Positions 35,203-44,714 of a stretch of 64,000 bases of DNA are shown piece by piece. Within the stretch, counting starts at the first letter, position 1; each line of letters starts with the position of its first letter. This stretch comes from Leptolyngbyaceae cyanobacterium (lineage in GTDB: Bacteria; Cyanobacteriota; Cyanobacteriia; Phormidesmidales; Phormidesmidaceae), in contig CBDHHL010000056.1 of NCBI GenBank assembly GCA_965263355.1, forward strand, positions 32,001-96,000, written 5' to 3'. The notes under the pieces are model-generated. The model had not been told where the DNA came from. It made no database searches and saw only the letters and a program-made list of their open reading frames with translations. Made by a program: the position numbers and the translations under genes.

Positions 35203-35976
35203 TTAACGTATAACTAGAGCCCCTAGGCCGATGGCAACCACAGCGCCAATCAAGGTATTAATAATATTCACCACGTCGTGGGTTAAGCCGGGTAGCTTAT
35301 TTTCAATGGTGGCACCAATTAAGCTTTCAATGGTGGTGGCAACAAACGCTGCGATCGCACAGATAACAATGCCGAGCGCTGAGATAAACCCGATGCCCCA
35401 AGCGGCAACGGCTAATATCAACGAACCCCCTATACCGGCCAGTGTGCCTTCTAAACTAACAGCCCCCTCTGTGCCGCGAGGGACTGGTTGCAGCGTTGTA
35501 ATTAAAAAGGTTCGTTGACCATAGGCTTTACCAATTTCTGTGGCGGTGGTGTCCGATAGCTTAGTACTGAGACTGGCGACAAAGCCAAGGATAAGTAATT
35601 GCACCACTTGCCCCTGGGATAACCCCATCAGTGATACTGAGGTCAGGCCCGTCAGCCACACCAGCAGAGCGCAGATAGCGGCTGTCAGAGCAGACCCCCA
35701 CACATTGCCGGGGCCACGGACGCCACCGCGTGCTTCCGCAATACCGGCTGCTTCCTTTTCGGCAAAGCCCACCTTTGTCACAGCAGAACCGGCGGCAAAA
35801 TATACCATCGTCACACCATAGGCCTGCCAACCCAAACAGCCCCAAAGGATCACCCCCAATATCCAGGCATGTACATAGCCCATGGGGGTGAGCAGCTTTT
35901 TGGGACTAGCAAAGGCTATGGCCACTAAAACCGTATTTAGAACGACTGCTACCAACCAAGGAGTTTGCCATGTCAT
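35203..35976 (-). CDS. DUF92/TIGR00297 membrane protein (VTE6-like phytyl-phosphate kinase)
   Basis: RGPGNVWGS, KLSDTTATEIGK, GTEGAVSLEGT, ESLIGAT. Confidence 0.88.
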   Translation of the reverse strand: MTWQTPWLVAVVLNTVLVAIAFASPKKLLTPMGYVHAWILGVILWGCLGWQAYGVTMVYFAAGSAVTKVGFAEKEAAGIAEARGGVRGPGNVWGSALTAAICALLVWLTGLTSVSLMGLSQGQVVQLLILGFVASLSTKLSDTTATEIGKAYGQRTFLITTLQPVPRGTEGAVSLEGTLAGIGGSLILAVAAWGIGFISALGIVICAIAAFVATTIESLIGATIENKLPGLTHDVVNIINTLIGAVVAIGLGALVIR

Positions 35977-36233
35977 AGGTGGGTTTCCTTATGCCTATTG
36001 TGGAGATGCCTATATGAGGATACGGTGGATTCTGCCAGGGGCCTACTGACTAATTTGTACACCAAAAAGAGCATTAGGACTGTCAATCATATAGGCCGTT
36101 AATGCTGTCCACAGCAGATAGCTGTTATTCAGATTAGTAAAAGTTAATACTGCACAATCAAGTATGGTTTTCCAGCTGTGCAAGTCTTACATAGTTGGTG
36201 AAAAGCATGCCCTAACGTTAATTCAGCGGTTTT

Positions 36234-36635
36234 ATGAATTCTATCGAAAAGCTCATTACCATGGCCGAAGACGAGCTTACGCAATACAGTACAGACGCAC
36301 GGAAAATTGAAAAACTACGACCTAAGGTGGGTCTAACAATCCCCTACCCCCAGCAAAAAGCTGTCAGAGAGCAGCTGCTAGCAGATATACCCACTAATAT
36401 CTTTGCCAAAATTGTTGAGCGTGATCGGCAAATGGTGGCCCTGCCCTTTTGGGGATTGGGTGGATTGGGTTTGTTGCTGGGTATTTCTATGCAGCAGCCT
36501 CTAGATTTTATGGCAACAGGAATTGGCTTTTATATCGCGTTCAGGATTCAATCTTGGGGTTGGAAATTAGAGGCCAAGCGTTTGGTGGTTAAAACCCTTG
36601 ACGCGATTGAGCAAGATATGCAAAGCGAGGCATAA
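36234..36635 (+). CDS. Conserved hypothetical membrane protein
   Basis: 133-aa ORF with two hydrophobic segments. Confidence 0.75.
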   Translation: MNSIEKLITMAEDELTQYSTDARKIEKLRPKVGLTIPYPQQKAVREQLLADIPTNIFAKIVERDRQMVALPFWGLGGLGLLLGISMQQPLDFMATGIGFYIAFRIQSWGWKLEAKRLVVKTLDAIEQDMQSEA

Positions 36636-37069
36636 CCCGATTGCCCAACTGTTGGTTGAGCCATTGACTGGATAGCAGTCTAAAGAACAGCAGTTAACTA
36701 TAGCTCCAAAATAAATTTAATCGAACTGTATGGTATTCCGAAGACCGGTAATTCTCACAAATTTTAGATAGAACATTTAATTTTTTCTTAAGATTTACTG
36801 GATTGTAAAGCCTATACAAAAATGACCACTAGTGGTCCAATATTTCTATCTGTGCAAGGTTTTGGTCGTTAGTAGACAAAATTACCTGCTGGTGGACGCT
36901 TGTGGGTCGATAGTGAATTAACTTGCAGTATTTTTATTATTGTTGGACTGTCTTTTTTGTTAGGAAAGGTTCACAATAATAAAATCTTCCCCTTTCGGGA
37001 TTGAGCTTTCCTTAATAAGATTAGAAGTACTAAAAGACTTTTATCAATACTGACAATAATTAAGCGTCA

Positions 37070-37438
37070 ATGACACTTTCTGAAGATAATTTCGAAAACG
37101 TTGTGCTAGCGTCTCCGGTGCCGGTTCTAGTACATTTTTGGGCCCCATGGTGTGGTTTATGTCGGCGGGTGACGCCGCTGCTGAATCGCTTTCAGCATGA
37201 TTGGTCAGGCCAAGTAAATGTCTTTAATATCAATGCCGATGAGAATCTAAAGTTAGCTAACCTTTACCGCTTGCAAACATTGCCAACTTTACTGTTTCTT
37301 GATCAGGGGCAGGTGGTGCAGCGGTTTGATGTGTTGCGTAATCGCGATGAGTGTATGCGAGCCCTCAACTTGCTGATGCGCCGCTATCAGCTAGAGACTG
37401 GTTTGGTTGAGGGGGCTGCTGGGCTAGTAGACATTTAA
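37070..37438 (+). CDS. trxC: Atypical cyanobacterial thioredoxin
   Basis: VHFWAPWCGLC active site. Confidence 0.85.
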   Translation: MTLSEDNFENVVLASPVPVLVHFWAPWCGLCRRVTPLLNRFQHDWSGQVNVFNINADENLKLANLYRLQTLPTLLFLDQGQVVQRFDVLRNRDECMRALNLLMRRYQLETGLVEGAAGLVDI

Positions 37439-37458
37439 GCTGTTTGTCCGAGGGGGCT

Positions 37459-38619
37459 CTATGGTGCCGCTTCGGGCTTATCTTCTTTTAAATGTTTTAA
37501 ATATCCTTGTAGTAGCCAGTCCGGGCCAATTGTCTCCAATGAGGTCTGGTGCAGGGCTAGGGCCTCAGACATATGTTTGAGGCCCATGTCGCTTACGGGG
37601 GTTGGGGCTTGGTTGCCGCCAATCAGTTTGGGGGCGATGAAGGCCCATAGCTTTTGGATTACGCCCTGACGTAGAGCAACGGCGCTGAGGGTGCCGCCAC
37701 ATTCCCATAAAACTGATGACAGTCCTCGTTTGTATAGATGTTCTAGGACTGTTAGGGGGGTTAGGGAGTTGACTGAAATGATCTCTATCTCTTTAGGTAG
37801 TATGCCTTTTGCCTGCTGTTGGTTGACTTCTGTAAACACCAGGGTGGGAGCAACATCGGTTTTCCACAAGTTGGCTGTGGTGGGTAGCTCTAGACGGCGG
37901 CTCATGACCACCCGTAGGGGATTGCGATCGCACACCCCATGGCTCGTCAATTGAGGATTGTCTTTGCGGACCGTATTGCCACCTACGATCACCGCATCGC
38001 ATTGGCCCCGTAATTGATGCACCCGGCGGCGGGACTCTGGGCTAGTAATCCAGGCGCTATGGCCCGTATCCGTCGCGATTTTGCCATCCAGGGTCATGGC
38101 ATATTTTAAGATGCTAAAGGGTTGCCGATGGCGAATACGGTGGATAAAGGCTTCATTTAAACGCTCACAGGCCACCGTTTCCACATCGGTAATTACCTCA
38201 ACACCCGCTGAACGCAGTTTTTGTATGCCGCCACTGGCCTTGGGGTTAGGGTCGGTCATGCCGATAACCACCGTGGTGATGCCCGCCTTTAAAACGGCCT
38301 CTGTGCAAGGGGGAGTACGCCCCTGGTGATTACAAGGTTCCAAATTTACGTAGAGAGTAGCCCCTTGGGCCGCATCACCCGCTGCTCTTAGGGCAAATAC
38401 TTCTGCATGGGGCTGCCCCGCTTGGGGATGAAATCCTTCACTGACAATTTTTCCATCCTTGACAACCAAGGCTCCCACCATCGGATTGGGCGCTGTCCGC
38501 CCTGCTCCTTTCGCGGCCAGCTCTAGACAGCGATACATCATTGTGCTGTGACATTGGTCGCTATCATTCTTGTCTGGGACTGCACCGTCGAATGAACTGT
38601 GCTGTGAAATCATCGGCAA
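37459..38619 (-). CDS. ribD: Riboflavin biosynthesis deaminase/reductase
   Basis: PNPMVG, HAE, LEPCNHQGRTPPC, TLDGKIAT, ECGGTL. Confidence 0.96.
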   Translation of the reverse strand: MPMISQHSSFDGAVPDKNDSDQCHSTMMYRCLELAAKGAGRTAPNPMVGALVVKDGKIVSEGFHPQAGQPHAEVFALRAAGDAAQGATLYVNLEPCNHQGRTPPCTEAVLKAGITTVVIGMTDPNPKASGGIQKLRSAGVEVITDVETVACERLNEAFIHRIRHRQPFSILKYAMTLDGKIATDTGHSAWITSPESRRRVHQLRGQCDAVIVGGNTVRKDNPQLTSHGVCDRNPLRVVMSRRLELPTTANLWKTDVAPTLVFTEVNQQQAKGILPKEIEIISVNSLTPLTVLEHLYKRGLSSVLWECGGTLSAVALRQGVIQKLWAFIAPKLIGGNQAPTPVSDMGLKHMSEALALHQTSLETIGPDWLLQGYLKHLKEDKPEAAP

Positions 38620-38666
38620 AATTATCTAGAATTTTGGAAGAGAGAAAGAGTTATTAGAATAACCCT

Positions 38667-38894
38667 ATGACTACTGAGAACACTAGCGTGAACTGTGCCG
38701 TTGACTGCATCAATGGCTGCATTAAAGGGGATGCCTGTCCCAATGAAGCTTACACTCAACAGGCGTCTGAGTTTATTGAAAATACTTCCCTCGACAAAAT
38801 GTTGGAAATTGCTGAAGAGGCTGTGCGCAAGAAGATTATTGCACGGGCAACAGAGCCGAGAAAGTGGGTGATGCCAGAGGAGTTAGGGGAGTAA
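38667..38894 (+). CDS. Small Cys-rich hypothetical protein
   Basis: NCAVDCINGCIKGDACPN, SLDKMLEIAEE. Confidence 0.7.
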   Translation: MTTENTSVNCAVDCINGCIKGDACPNEAYTQQASEFIENTSLDKMLEIAEEAVRKKIIARATEPRKWVMPEELGE

Positions 38895-40055
38895 ACATTT
38901 CTGTATTCCCTCCACCAACCGACCAATATCTTCCTGGCTGTGGGTTGACATCACGGTCATTCTCAAACGACTGGTAGGTACGGTTGGTGGACGCACTGCG
39001 GCAGCAAAAAATCCCTGGTGCTTAAGCCGTTGGCCGAGGTTGAGTACGGTAGCAGCATCTTTGACCTGTATGCAGATGATGGGGGATGCGGAGGGTAGGC
39101 GGTTGATGTTTGGCAGTTTATCCAGGCGTTGTCTCAAATAGATGGCGTTTGCGTCTAACTGAACCAGACGTTCAGGTTCTTGGGTGAGAATTGCGATCGC
39201 AGTCCGAGCGGCAGCGGCAGCGGCAGGGGATAGCCCCGTTGTATAGATCCAGGTGGCGGCACGATTGCGCAGAAACTCAATGAGTTCAGTGGAGCCAGTG
39301 ACATAGCCACCCAGGCTGCCCAAGGCTTTGCTTAAGGTGCCGACTTGCACCATGGGACGATGGCGACAGCCAAGATATTCAACGGCACCGCCGCCAGTTT
39401 TTCCCAATACCCCTGTGCCGTGGGCTTCATCCACCATCACCATGGCGTCCCACTGGTCGGCAATGGCTAAAATCTCTGGCAGTGGGCAGAGGTCGCCGTC
39501 CATGCTAAAGACACTGTCGGTAACAATTAGACAACGACGATACTGGGGGCGGAGTTCGGCTAACTGTTGTGTTAGTTGTTCTAAATTGTTGTGGCGGTAG
39601 GTGGCGACAGTGGCTTTGCTCAAGCGAGCGCCCATTTGCAAGCTTGAGTGGTTATACTGATCGGCCAGAATCAGGTCGCGATGATCCACCAGGGCTGCGA
39701 GGGTACCCAGGTTGGCTAAGTATCCTGAGCTAAAGACAATGGCGTCGTCGGTGCCCTTGAGTTGGGCGATGGCTTGTTCTAATTCACGGTGGATGGGGCG
39801 ATGGCCACTCAGGAGTCGAGAGCCGGTACTACCCGTGCCGTAGGTTGAGATCGCAGTAGCGGCGGCACTGGCTAAGCGTGGATCTCCCGCCAGACCCAGA
39901 TAATCATTGCTGGCGAAGTTTAAACAAGGCCGTCCATCAATGCTGATAGTGGCCCCCCCTTTACCGTCAATGGTCTGAACCTGGCGGTACCAGTTGGCCC
40001 GTTGCAGCGTATGCAGCGATTTTGTAATCCAGCCGTAGGGATTGTTGGACGCCAC
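38883..40055 (-). CDS. bioF: 8-amino-7-oxononanoate synthase
   Basis: NFASNDYLGL, FSMDGD, DEAH, GTLSKALG, RPPTVP. Confidence 0.96.
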   Translation of the reverse strand: MASNNPYGWITKSLHTLQRANWYRQVQTIDGKGGATISIDGRPCLNFASNDYLGLAGDPRLASAAATAISTYGTGSTGSRLLSGHRPIHRELEQAIAQLKGTDDAIVFSSGYLANLGTLAALVDHRDLILADQYNHSSLQMGARLSKATVATYRHNNLEQLTQQLAELRPQYRRCLIVTDSVFSMDGDLCPLPEILAIADQWDAMVMVDEAHGTGVLGKTGGGAVEYLGCRHRPMVQVGTLSKALGSLGGYVTGSTELIEFLRNRAATWIYTTGLSPAAAAAARTAIAILTQEPERLVQLDANAIYLRQRLDKLPNINRLPSASPIICIQVKDAATVLNLGQRLKHQGFFAAAVRPPTVPTSRLRMTVMSTHSQEDIGRLVEGIQKCLLP

Positions 40056-40140
40056 TTATTACCCCCGATTAAAATGCATCAGTCCTTAGGGATAATTCCT
40101 TGGAGATGCCCTGCAATATCGGGGGCAGGGCATCCAGGTC

Positions 40141-40623
40141 TTACCTGTCTAAATTAGATATCCAGCTATGATAACGTCCAGATATACGCACGCTCCCATT
40201 GTCTGAAAAACTAAGAACAATAGTATCAGAGGCTTCTTCAGCGTCGCTAATTTCTAGATAGCCGTCAATCCATTGGTCAAAGAAATTTGTAGCACTATGT
40301 ACACGGATGTTATAAGTCCCTTTCTTAAGTTGCATTGTTTTGCTGCGCTTAAAACCACGAGGGGAAAAGACGCGATGATCCTCAATATACACATCAGCCC
40401 ATTCGTTGCCCCGAGCAACAAGTTTCAAGGTAACTTCTTGTTCTTCGTGCTCCGCTTGGCTATCTTGTTCAGACTCAGACTGATGAGTATCTTCTTGGCT
40501 GGAAGAATAATGAATGATGGTTTCTGCGGTGGCAGAATTAGCAAAATAATTAATTAGGGATGGAGTAATGCTACTGCCGATCAGAACTGCGACCCCTAAC
40601 TTGAGCCATGGGTTTGTTGTCAT
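40141..40623 (-). CDS. Secreted hypothetical protein, PEGA-like beta domain (paralogue 1)
   Basis: Signal peptide from MTTNPWLK; GNEWADVYIE...GTYNIRV...WIDGYL. Confidence 0.7.
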   Translation of the reverse strand: MTTNPWLKLGVAVLIGSSITPSLINYFANSATAETIIHYSSSQEDTHQSESEQDSQAEHEEQEVTLKLVARGNEWADVYIEDHRVFSPRGFKRSKTMQLKKGTYNIRVHSATNFFDQWIDGYLEISDAEEASDTIVLSFSDNGSVRISGRYHSWISNLDR

Positions 40624-40658
40624 GGTGATGGGGAAGCTTGCGATCAAACACCTTGAGA

Positions 40659-41126
40659 TTAATACCCTATTGACGAGCGTTGCCCGGTCGAAATTGGGAT
40701 CCAAGCATGGGGGTCACCCGATACCCGCACACCTCGTTCGGAAAAACGGACGACAATAATATTGGTATCATTGCGACCGACATCTAAATAGCCCTCGGCC
40801 CAGACATCAAAATAATCGACACCGGTAATTTTAATTTCGTAGGCCCCTTCCCTAAAGGTGAACCGCTTACGTCGGTTGGTATTGTGGGCAGATAAAATGC
40901 GACGACCATCTACATATACGTTGGCCCATTCATTCCCCTGGGCAATAAATTCCACTGTGACTCGATTTCTAACACGTTCCCGCTCATAGATGGGATAGCG
41001 GCGGTGGTGTGGATCGGTGAGAATAATGATCTGACCGGCTTCAGCAGAGGAGACCATGGCCAGGGGAGCTGCGATCGCACCCAACAGTCCTACTATCCCT
41101 AGCCTTAGCCATTGGTGTTGTTTCAT
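40659..41126 (-). CDS. Secreted hypothetical protein, PEGA-like beta domain (paralogue 2)
   Basis: Signal peptide ending AEA; GNEWANVYVDG...GAYEIKI...WAEGYL. Confidence 0.72.
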   Translation of the reverse strand: MKQHQWLRLGIVGLLGAIAAPLAMVSSAEAGQIIILTDPHHRRYPIYERERVRNRVTVEFIAQGNEWANVYVDGRRILSAHNTNRRKRFTFREGAYEIKITGVDYFDVWAEGYLDVGRNDTNIIVVRFSERGVRVSGDPHAWIPISTGQRSSIGY

Positions 41127-41265
41127 CTTGGTTTCTATGAGCAACGTGACGTTTTTACAGGCACACCCGTCTCTATTCTAAGATTTGCCACACACATCAT
41201 CATTACCCACAAGCCAGATTCTCCAACTGGACAGGTTCGCTTCTGGAGATACGAACGAATACCTT

Positions 41266-41310
41266 AAAAGCCCCCAACCCGTCTAAGCAAGAAGAGGGGG
41301 CGGGGGCTAT
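41266..41310 (-). terminator. Intrinsic terminator after the linker gene
   Basis: agccccc / gggggct stem followed by a T run on the minus strand. Confidence 0.55.
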
Positions 41311-41354
41311 GCATCAGCTTATAGCTCAGAATCCATTGCGCAAAACAAACGCGT

Positions 41355-44312
41355 TTAAATAATCCCGAGAGTTTTCTGAATTAACGCCGTACCATCGATA
41401 ACTGGTTGAACCGGAATCGGATTGGCATAGGAGAGACGCTTTTCCAACCGAGGTTGACTAGAACGGGCTTGAGAGATAACGGACGTACTTTCGAGCAGGT
41501 CAAACATATTGACATACCCTACCAACCGCTGACCCGTTTGAGTTTGATATCCACGGGGATAGGGCACAGTGTCGTCACCAAAGGCCGCTTTGTATTCGTC
41601 ACTGTCAATGTAAGCGTCAATATCAGCATCGTAGCCTTGATTATCGACCATGCTACTGTGGTAAACAGCCTCTTCATAGCTTTCAGGAGCCCGGCCTAGC
41701 AGATGCTTGAAGTTAAGCTCATGGCAACGATAGCGAGGAGAACTATTGATAAAGCGAGTCTTGTACAGATCTGACTTGGCTAGAGCACGAACAAAATCGC
41801 GAACGGTCAAATCTCCATTGCGGAGCTGTGACTCAGCGGCTACCAAACGCTCGCTTTCCATCACATGGGCATTGCCTAAAACCTGCTTATAAGCCGCTCT
41901 AATCACCAATGCAACATCCTCTTCAGAGGCCCCTGGAACAAACTTGACTGGAGCAGTGTGATCTAATGTGTTGTACTGGTTCTGTAGAATTGCCGAACGC
42001 TCAAACCTGGATAGAGCACTAGTTGCATCTAAGCTAAACGAATAGTCTGGAGTGACCGTGGGAATTTCAGGTTTAGCCGTTGGTCTTCCAACGGCTGGCA
42101 CAGTGGCTGGCACAGTGGCCTCAGAAATTTCGGGAATGTTGCTGGACCGATTGCTCAGTAGAGACTGTTCTAAGGCGGCACCACCATGCTGGCTAAAGGG
42201 TTTATCGCTGCTAGAGGCTCCGCGCAATAACTGGAAGGAGTGAGTATAGCTGGCTATGCGCTTGCCTGTTTGCGTTTGATAGCCCCGGAAGTAGGGAACG
42301 ATGTTAGCGCCAAAGGCTTGGAAATATTCATCGCTATCTAGATAGGTATCAATGTCAGCGTAGAACCCTTGCTCAGCCAAAATTTGAATATGATGAGAGA
42401 TTTCTGCAGCATTCTCAGGCGCACGCCCTAGCAAATGCTTGAAGTTTAATTCAACTGTTTTTAGGTTGGTGCATCCCTCGTAGAACAAATCGCGATATCT
42501 GTCTGACTTCGCCAGGGCCCGAACAAATTCAAGGACGGTAATATCACCATTACGTAACTGTGATTCAGCCATGGGAAACCGCTCGCTTTCCATCAGATGG
42601 GCATTGCCAAACACCTGTTTATAGGCGGCTTCAATGACTAAATCGATTTGGGTTGTACTGTCACCAACCACTCGTTCAATGGGGTGTTGCTCAGCAAATG
42701 AGTCAGTGTAGGGGGCAACGATAGACGGCGAGCCAACATCCTGTTTAGAAACAAAGATCTCAGTGCCAATGGCTTGGGCTAACTGGAACCCCTTAGGATT
42801 GAAAACGTTTTCCTGCTTGGATTGGAAGTTTTTAGCTAGGGCTGTTTGTAGTTGCGATCGCTGGCTGGTTTGAATTGAGTCAGCAACGGTGCGATCGCTA
42901 CTGGATAATCCTTTAACCAATTCAAAGATACGGTTATAGCCAGCGACATTCTTACCCGTTTGAGTGGCGTAACTCACATAGTAGGGAACTGTGTCAGTGC
43001 CGAAGTTCTCATCATATTCTGGGGTGTCGAAGTAAGAATTAATTTCGGCCTCTAAACCGCCCTCAGCCAAAATGGCAAGATGTTTAGATACTTCCTTAAA
43101 GTCATCAGGGGCCCGACCCAGTAGGTGCTTAAAGTTCAATTCAATGGCCCGGACATTGGAACAACTCTCAAAGAACAGTGCCCGATACGCATCCGACTTA
43201 GCCAGGTTCCGGACAAACTCCTTGACGGTTAACGCACCATCTTTAAACTGGGACTCAGCCGTTAGCAGGCGCTGACTTTCCATCAGGTGGACATTACCAA
43301 ACACCTGTTTATAGGCCGTCCGAATAATTATCTCCTTGTCTTCATTGGAAGCCCCTGGGTAGAGCTTCACTGGCTGGCTGGCACGAGCAGCCGGAAAGGT
43401 CGCTGCTGCCTGCTTGGCGTTGTACTGCTGGACCCACTCGCTGGGAGTAACCGGTGCTGCCAAAAATGCAGCTGACTTGTAAAAGGGAATGTAATCTTCC
43501 TTGGTCAGCTGTTTTTCAGGCTGCTTGTATTCCTGGGGAGGAATAACTGGTGTTGGCACTGGTAAGGTTATCAACGGCTTAATCTCCGTGGGAGTGCCGC
43601 CTAACAGACCTGTTTGAATTTGAGGAGTGGTATTACTCTCAATGGATTTATCGCTACTGGGTGCCCCTTTCACCAGCTGGGATGAATGGGTAAATCCAGA
43701 CACCGATTTACCGGTCTGGGTGAGATGTCCACGATAGTAAGGCACCAAGTCTGTTCCAAATGCCTGGAAATATTCGTCACTATCTAGGTAAGAATCAATC
43801 TCAGCTTCAAACCCACCCTCGGCCAAAATCTGAATATGCTCAGAAATTTCGGCATGATTGTCAGGCGCACGCCCCAGCAAATGCTTAAAGTTTAATTCGA
43901 CCGTTCTGATGTTCGGGCAGTTTTCGAAAAATACGGCGCGGTAGCGGTCAGACTTAGCCAACCGACGCACAAACTCTAGTACGGTAATCTCGCCTCTGCG
44001 TAACTGAGATTCTGCGATCGCAGAGCGCTCACTTTCCATCAGATGGGCATTGCCAAACACCTGTTTGTATGCGGCCCGAATCACCACATCTAAATCAGTG
44101 ACTGAGTTAGTTCCGATCAGCTCTACAGGTTCACTAAAGGCATTGGCATAATTTTTCTGAACATCAAATTCGGCTTTTACGATGACCTCTGCTTGAGCCG
44201 TCTCAGCCACTTTTCTCTGTTCTAAAGCAGTCGCTAAATCAAAGCCTTCAGGATTAAATTGCTTTCTGTTAGCCTTGATTGCTGCAGGGCGAAACAACGT
44301 GTTGTTAATCAT
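41355..44312 (-). CDS. Phycobilisome rod-type linker with four tandem PBS_linker (PF00427-like) domains
   Basis: Four copies of AYKQVxGNxHxMESxR...ELNFKHLLGRAP...EY...FGxxxVPY; no N-terminal bilin domain. Confidence 0.93.
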   Translation of the reverse strand: MINNTLFRPAAIKANRKQFNPEGFDLATALEQRKVAETAQAEVIVKAEFDVQKNYANAFSEPVELIGTNSVTDLDVVIRAAYKQVFGNAHLMESERSAIAESQLRRGEITVLEFVRRLAKSDRYRAVFFENCPNIRTVELNFKHLLGRAPDNHAEISEHIQILAEGGFEAEIDSYLDSDEYFQAFGTDLVPYYRGHLTQTGKSVSGFTHSSQLVKGAPSSDKSIESNTTPQIQTGLLGGTPTEIKPLITLPVPTPVIPPQEYKQPEKQLTKEDYIPFYKSAAFLAAPVTPSEWVQQYNAKQAAATFPAARASQPVKLYPGASNEDKEIIIRTAYKQVFGNVHLMESQRLLTAESQFKDGALTVKEFVRNLAKSDAYRALFFESCSNVRAIELNFKHLLGRAPDDFKEVSKHLAILAEGGLEAEINSYFDTPEYDENFGTDTVPYYVSYATQTGKNVAGYNRIFELVKGLSSSDRTVADSIQTSQRSQLQTALAKNFQSKQENVFNPKGFQLAQAIGTEIFVSKQDVGSPSIVAPYTDSFAEQHPIERVVGDSTTQIDLVIEAAYKQVFGNAHLMESERFPMAESQLRNGDITVLEFVRALAKSDRYRDLFYEGCTNLKTVELNFKHLLGRAPENAAEISHHIQILAEQGFYADIDTYLDSDEYFQAFGANIVPYFRGYQTQTGKRIASYTHSFQLLRGASSSDKPFSQHGGAALEQSLLSNRSSNIPEISEATVPATVPAVGRPTAKPEIPTVTPDYSFSLDATSALSRFERSAILQNQYNTLDHTAPVKFVPGASEEDVALVIRAAYKQVLGNAHVMESERLVAAESQLRNGDLTVRDFVRALAKSDLYKTRFINSSPRYRCHELNFKHLLGRAPESYEEAVYHSSMVDNQGYDADIDAYIDSDEYKAAFGDDTVPYPRGYQTQTGQRLVGYVNMFDLLESTSVISQARSSQPRLEKRLSYANPIPVQPVIDGTALIQKTLGII

Positions 44313-44542
44313 AGATTTGGCAATACCTTCCTCTATTTGAAAATTTTGGTACGCTCCACCGTTTAGAATGGCAACGCTTTACTCTAGCGAACTCCGATCA
44401 TCTGTAAGCGCTACGCATAAAGGGCTTCACCTTTTAGAGCCTGTGTAGAGCTTGACCACACTGTAGTCAATCGCGAAAACCATTGCCTGGTCAACGTTTC
44501 AGATAATATCTACGTACTTGAGTCTGCCAGAAAACTGGATCC

Positions 44543-44570
44543 AGGTGTAAAGACTTGTAATAACTTGAAA
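44543..44570 (-). promoter_or_regulatory. HLR1-like (RpaB) direct repeats upstream of the linker gene
   Basis: Minus strand TTTCA/TTACA/TTACA at 10-bp spacing, about 40-60 bp upstream of a TATTAT -10-like hexamer (44503-44508). Confidence 0.5.
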
Positions 44571-44714
44571 AGCTGAGTTTAATTTATGCCAGATTTTCTG
44601 GATCTGTTTAACCTTCCATAGCAGCAGTTGCTAGATGTTCCGCTGATTTCAACCTGGCCCCTAAGCGCCATGGCCATACAATACTAACTATGGCCCGCTA
44701 CTCCTAATTTCCCG

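Noticed and set aside
36802..36818. NtcA site upstream of trxC
   Set aside because: GTA-N7-TAC spacing, not the required N8
41355..44312. ApcE (core-membrane linker)
   Set aside because: No N-terminal phycobiliprotein domain; only about 60 aa precede the first linker domain and the tails are rod-linker type
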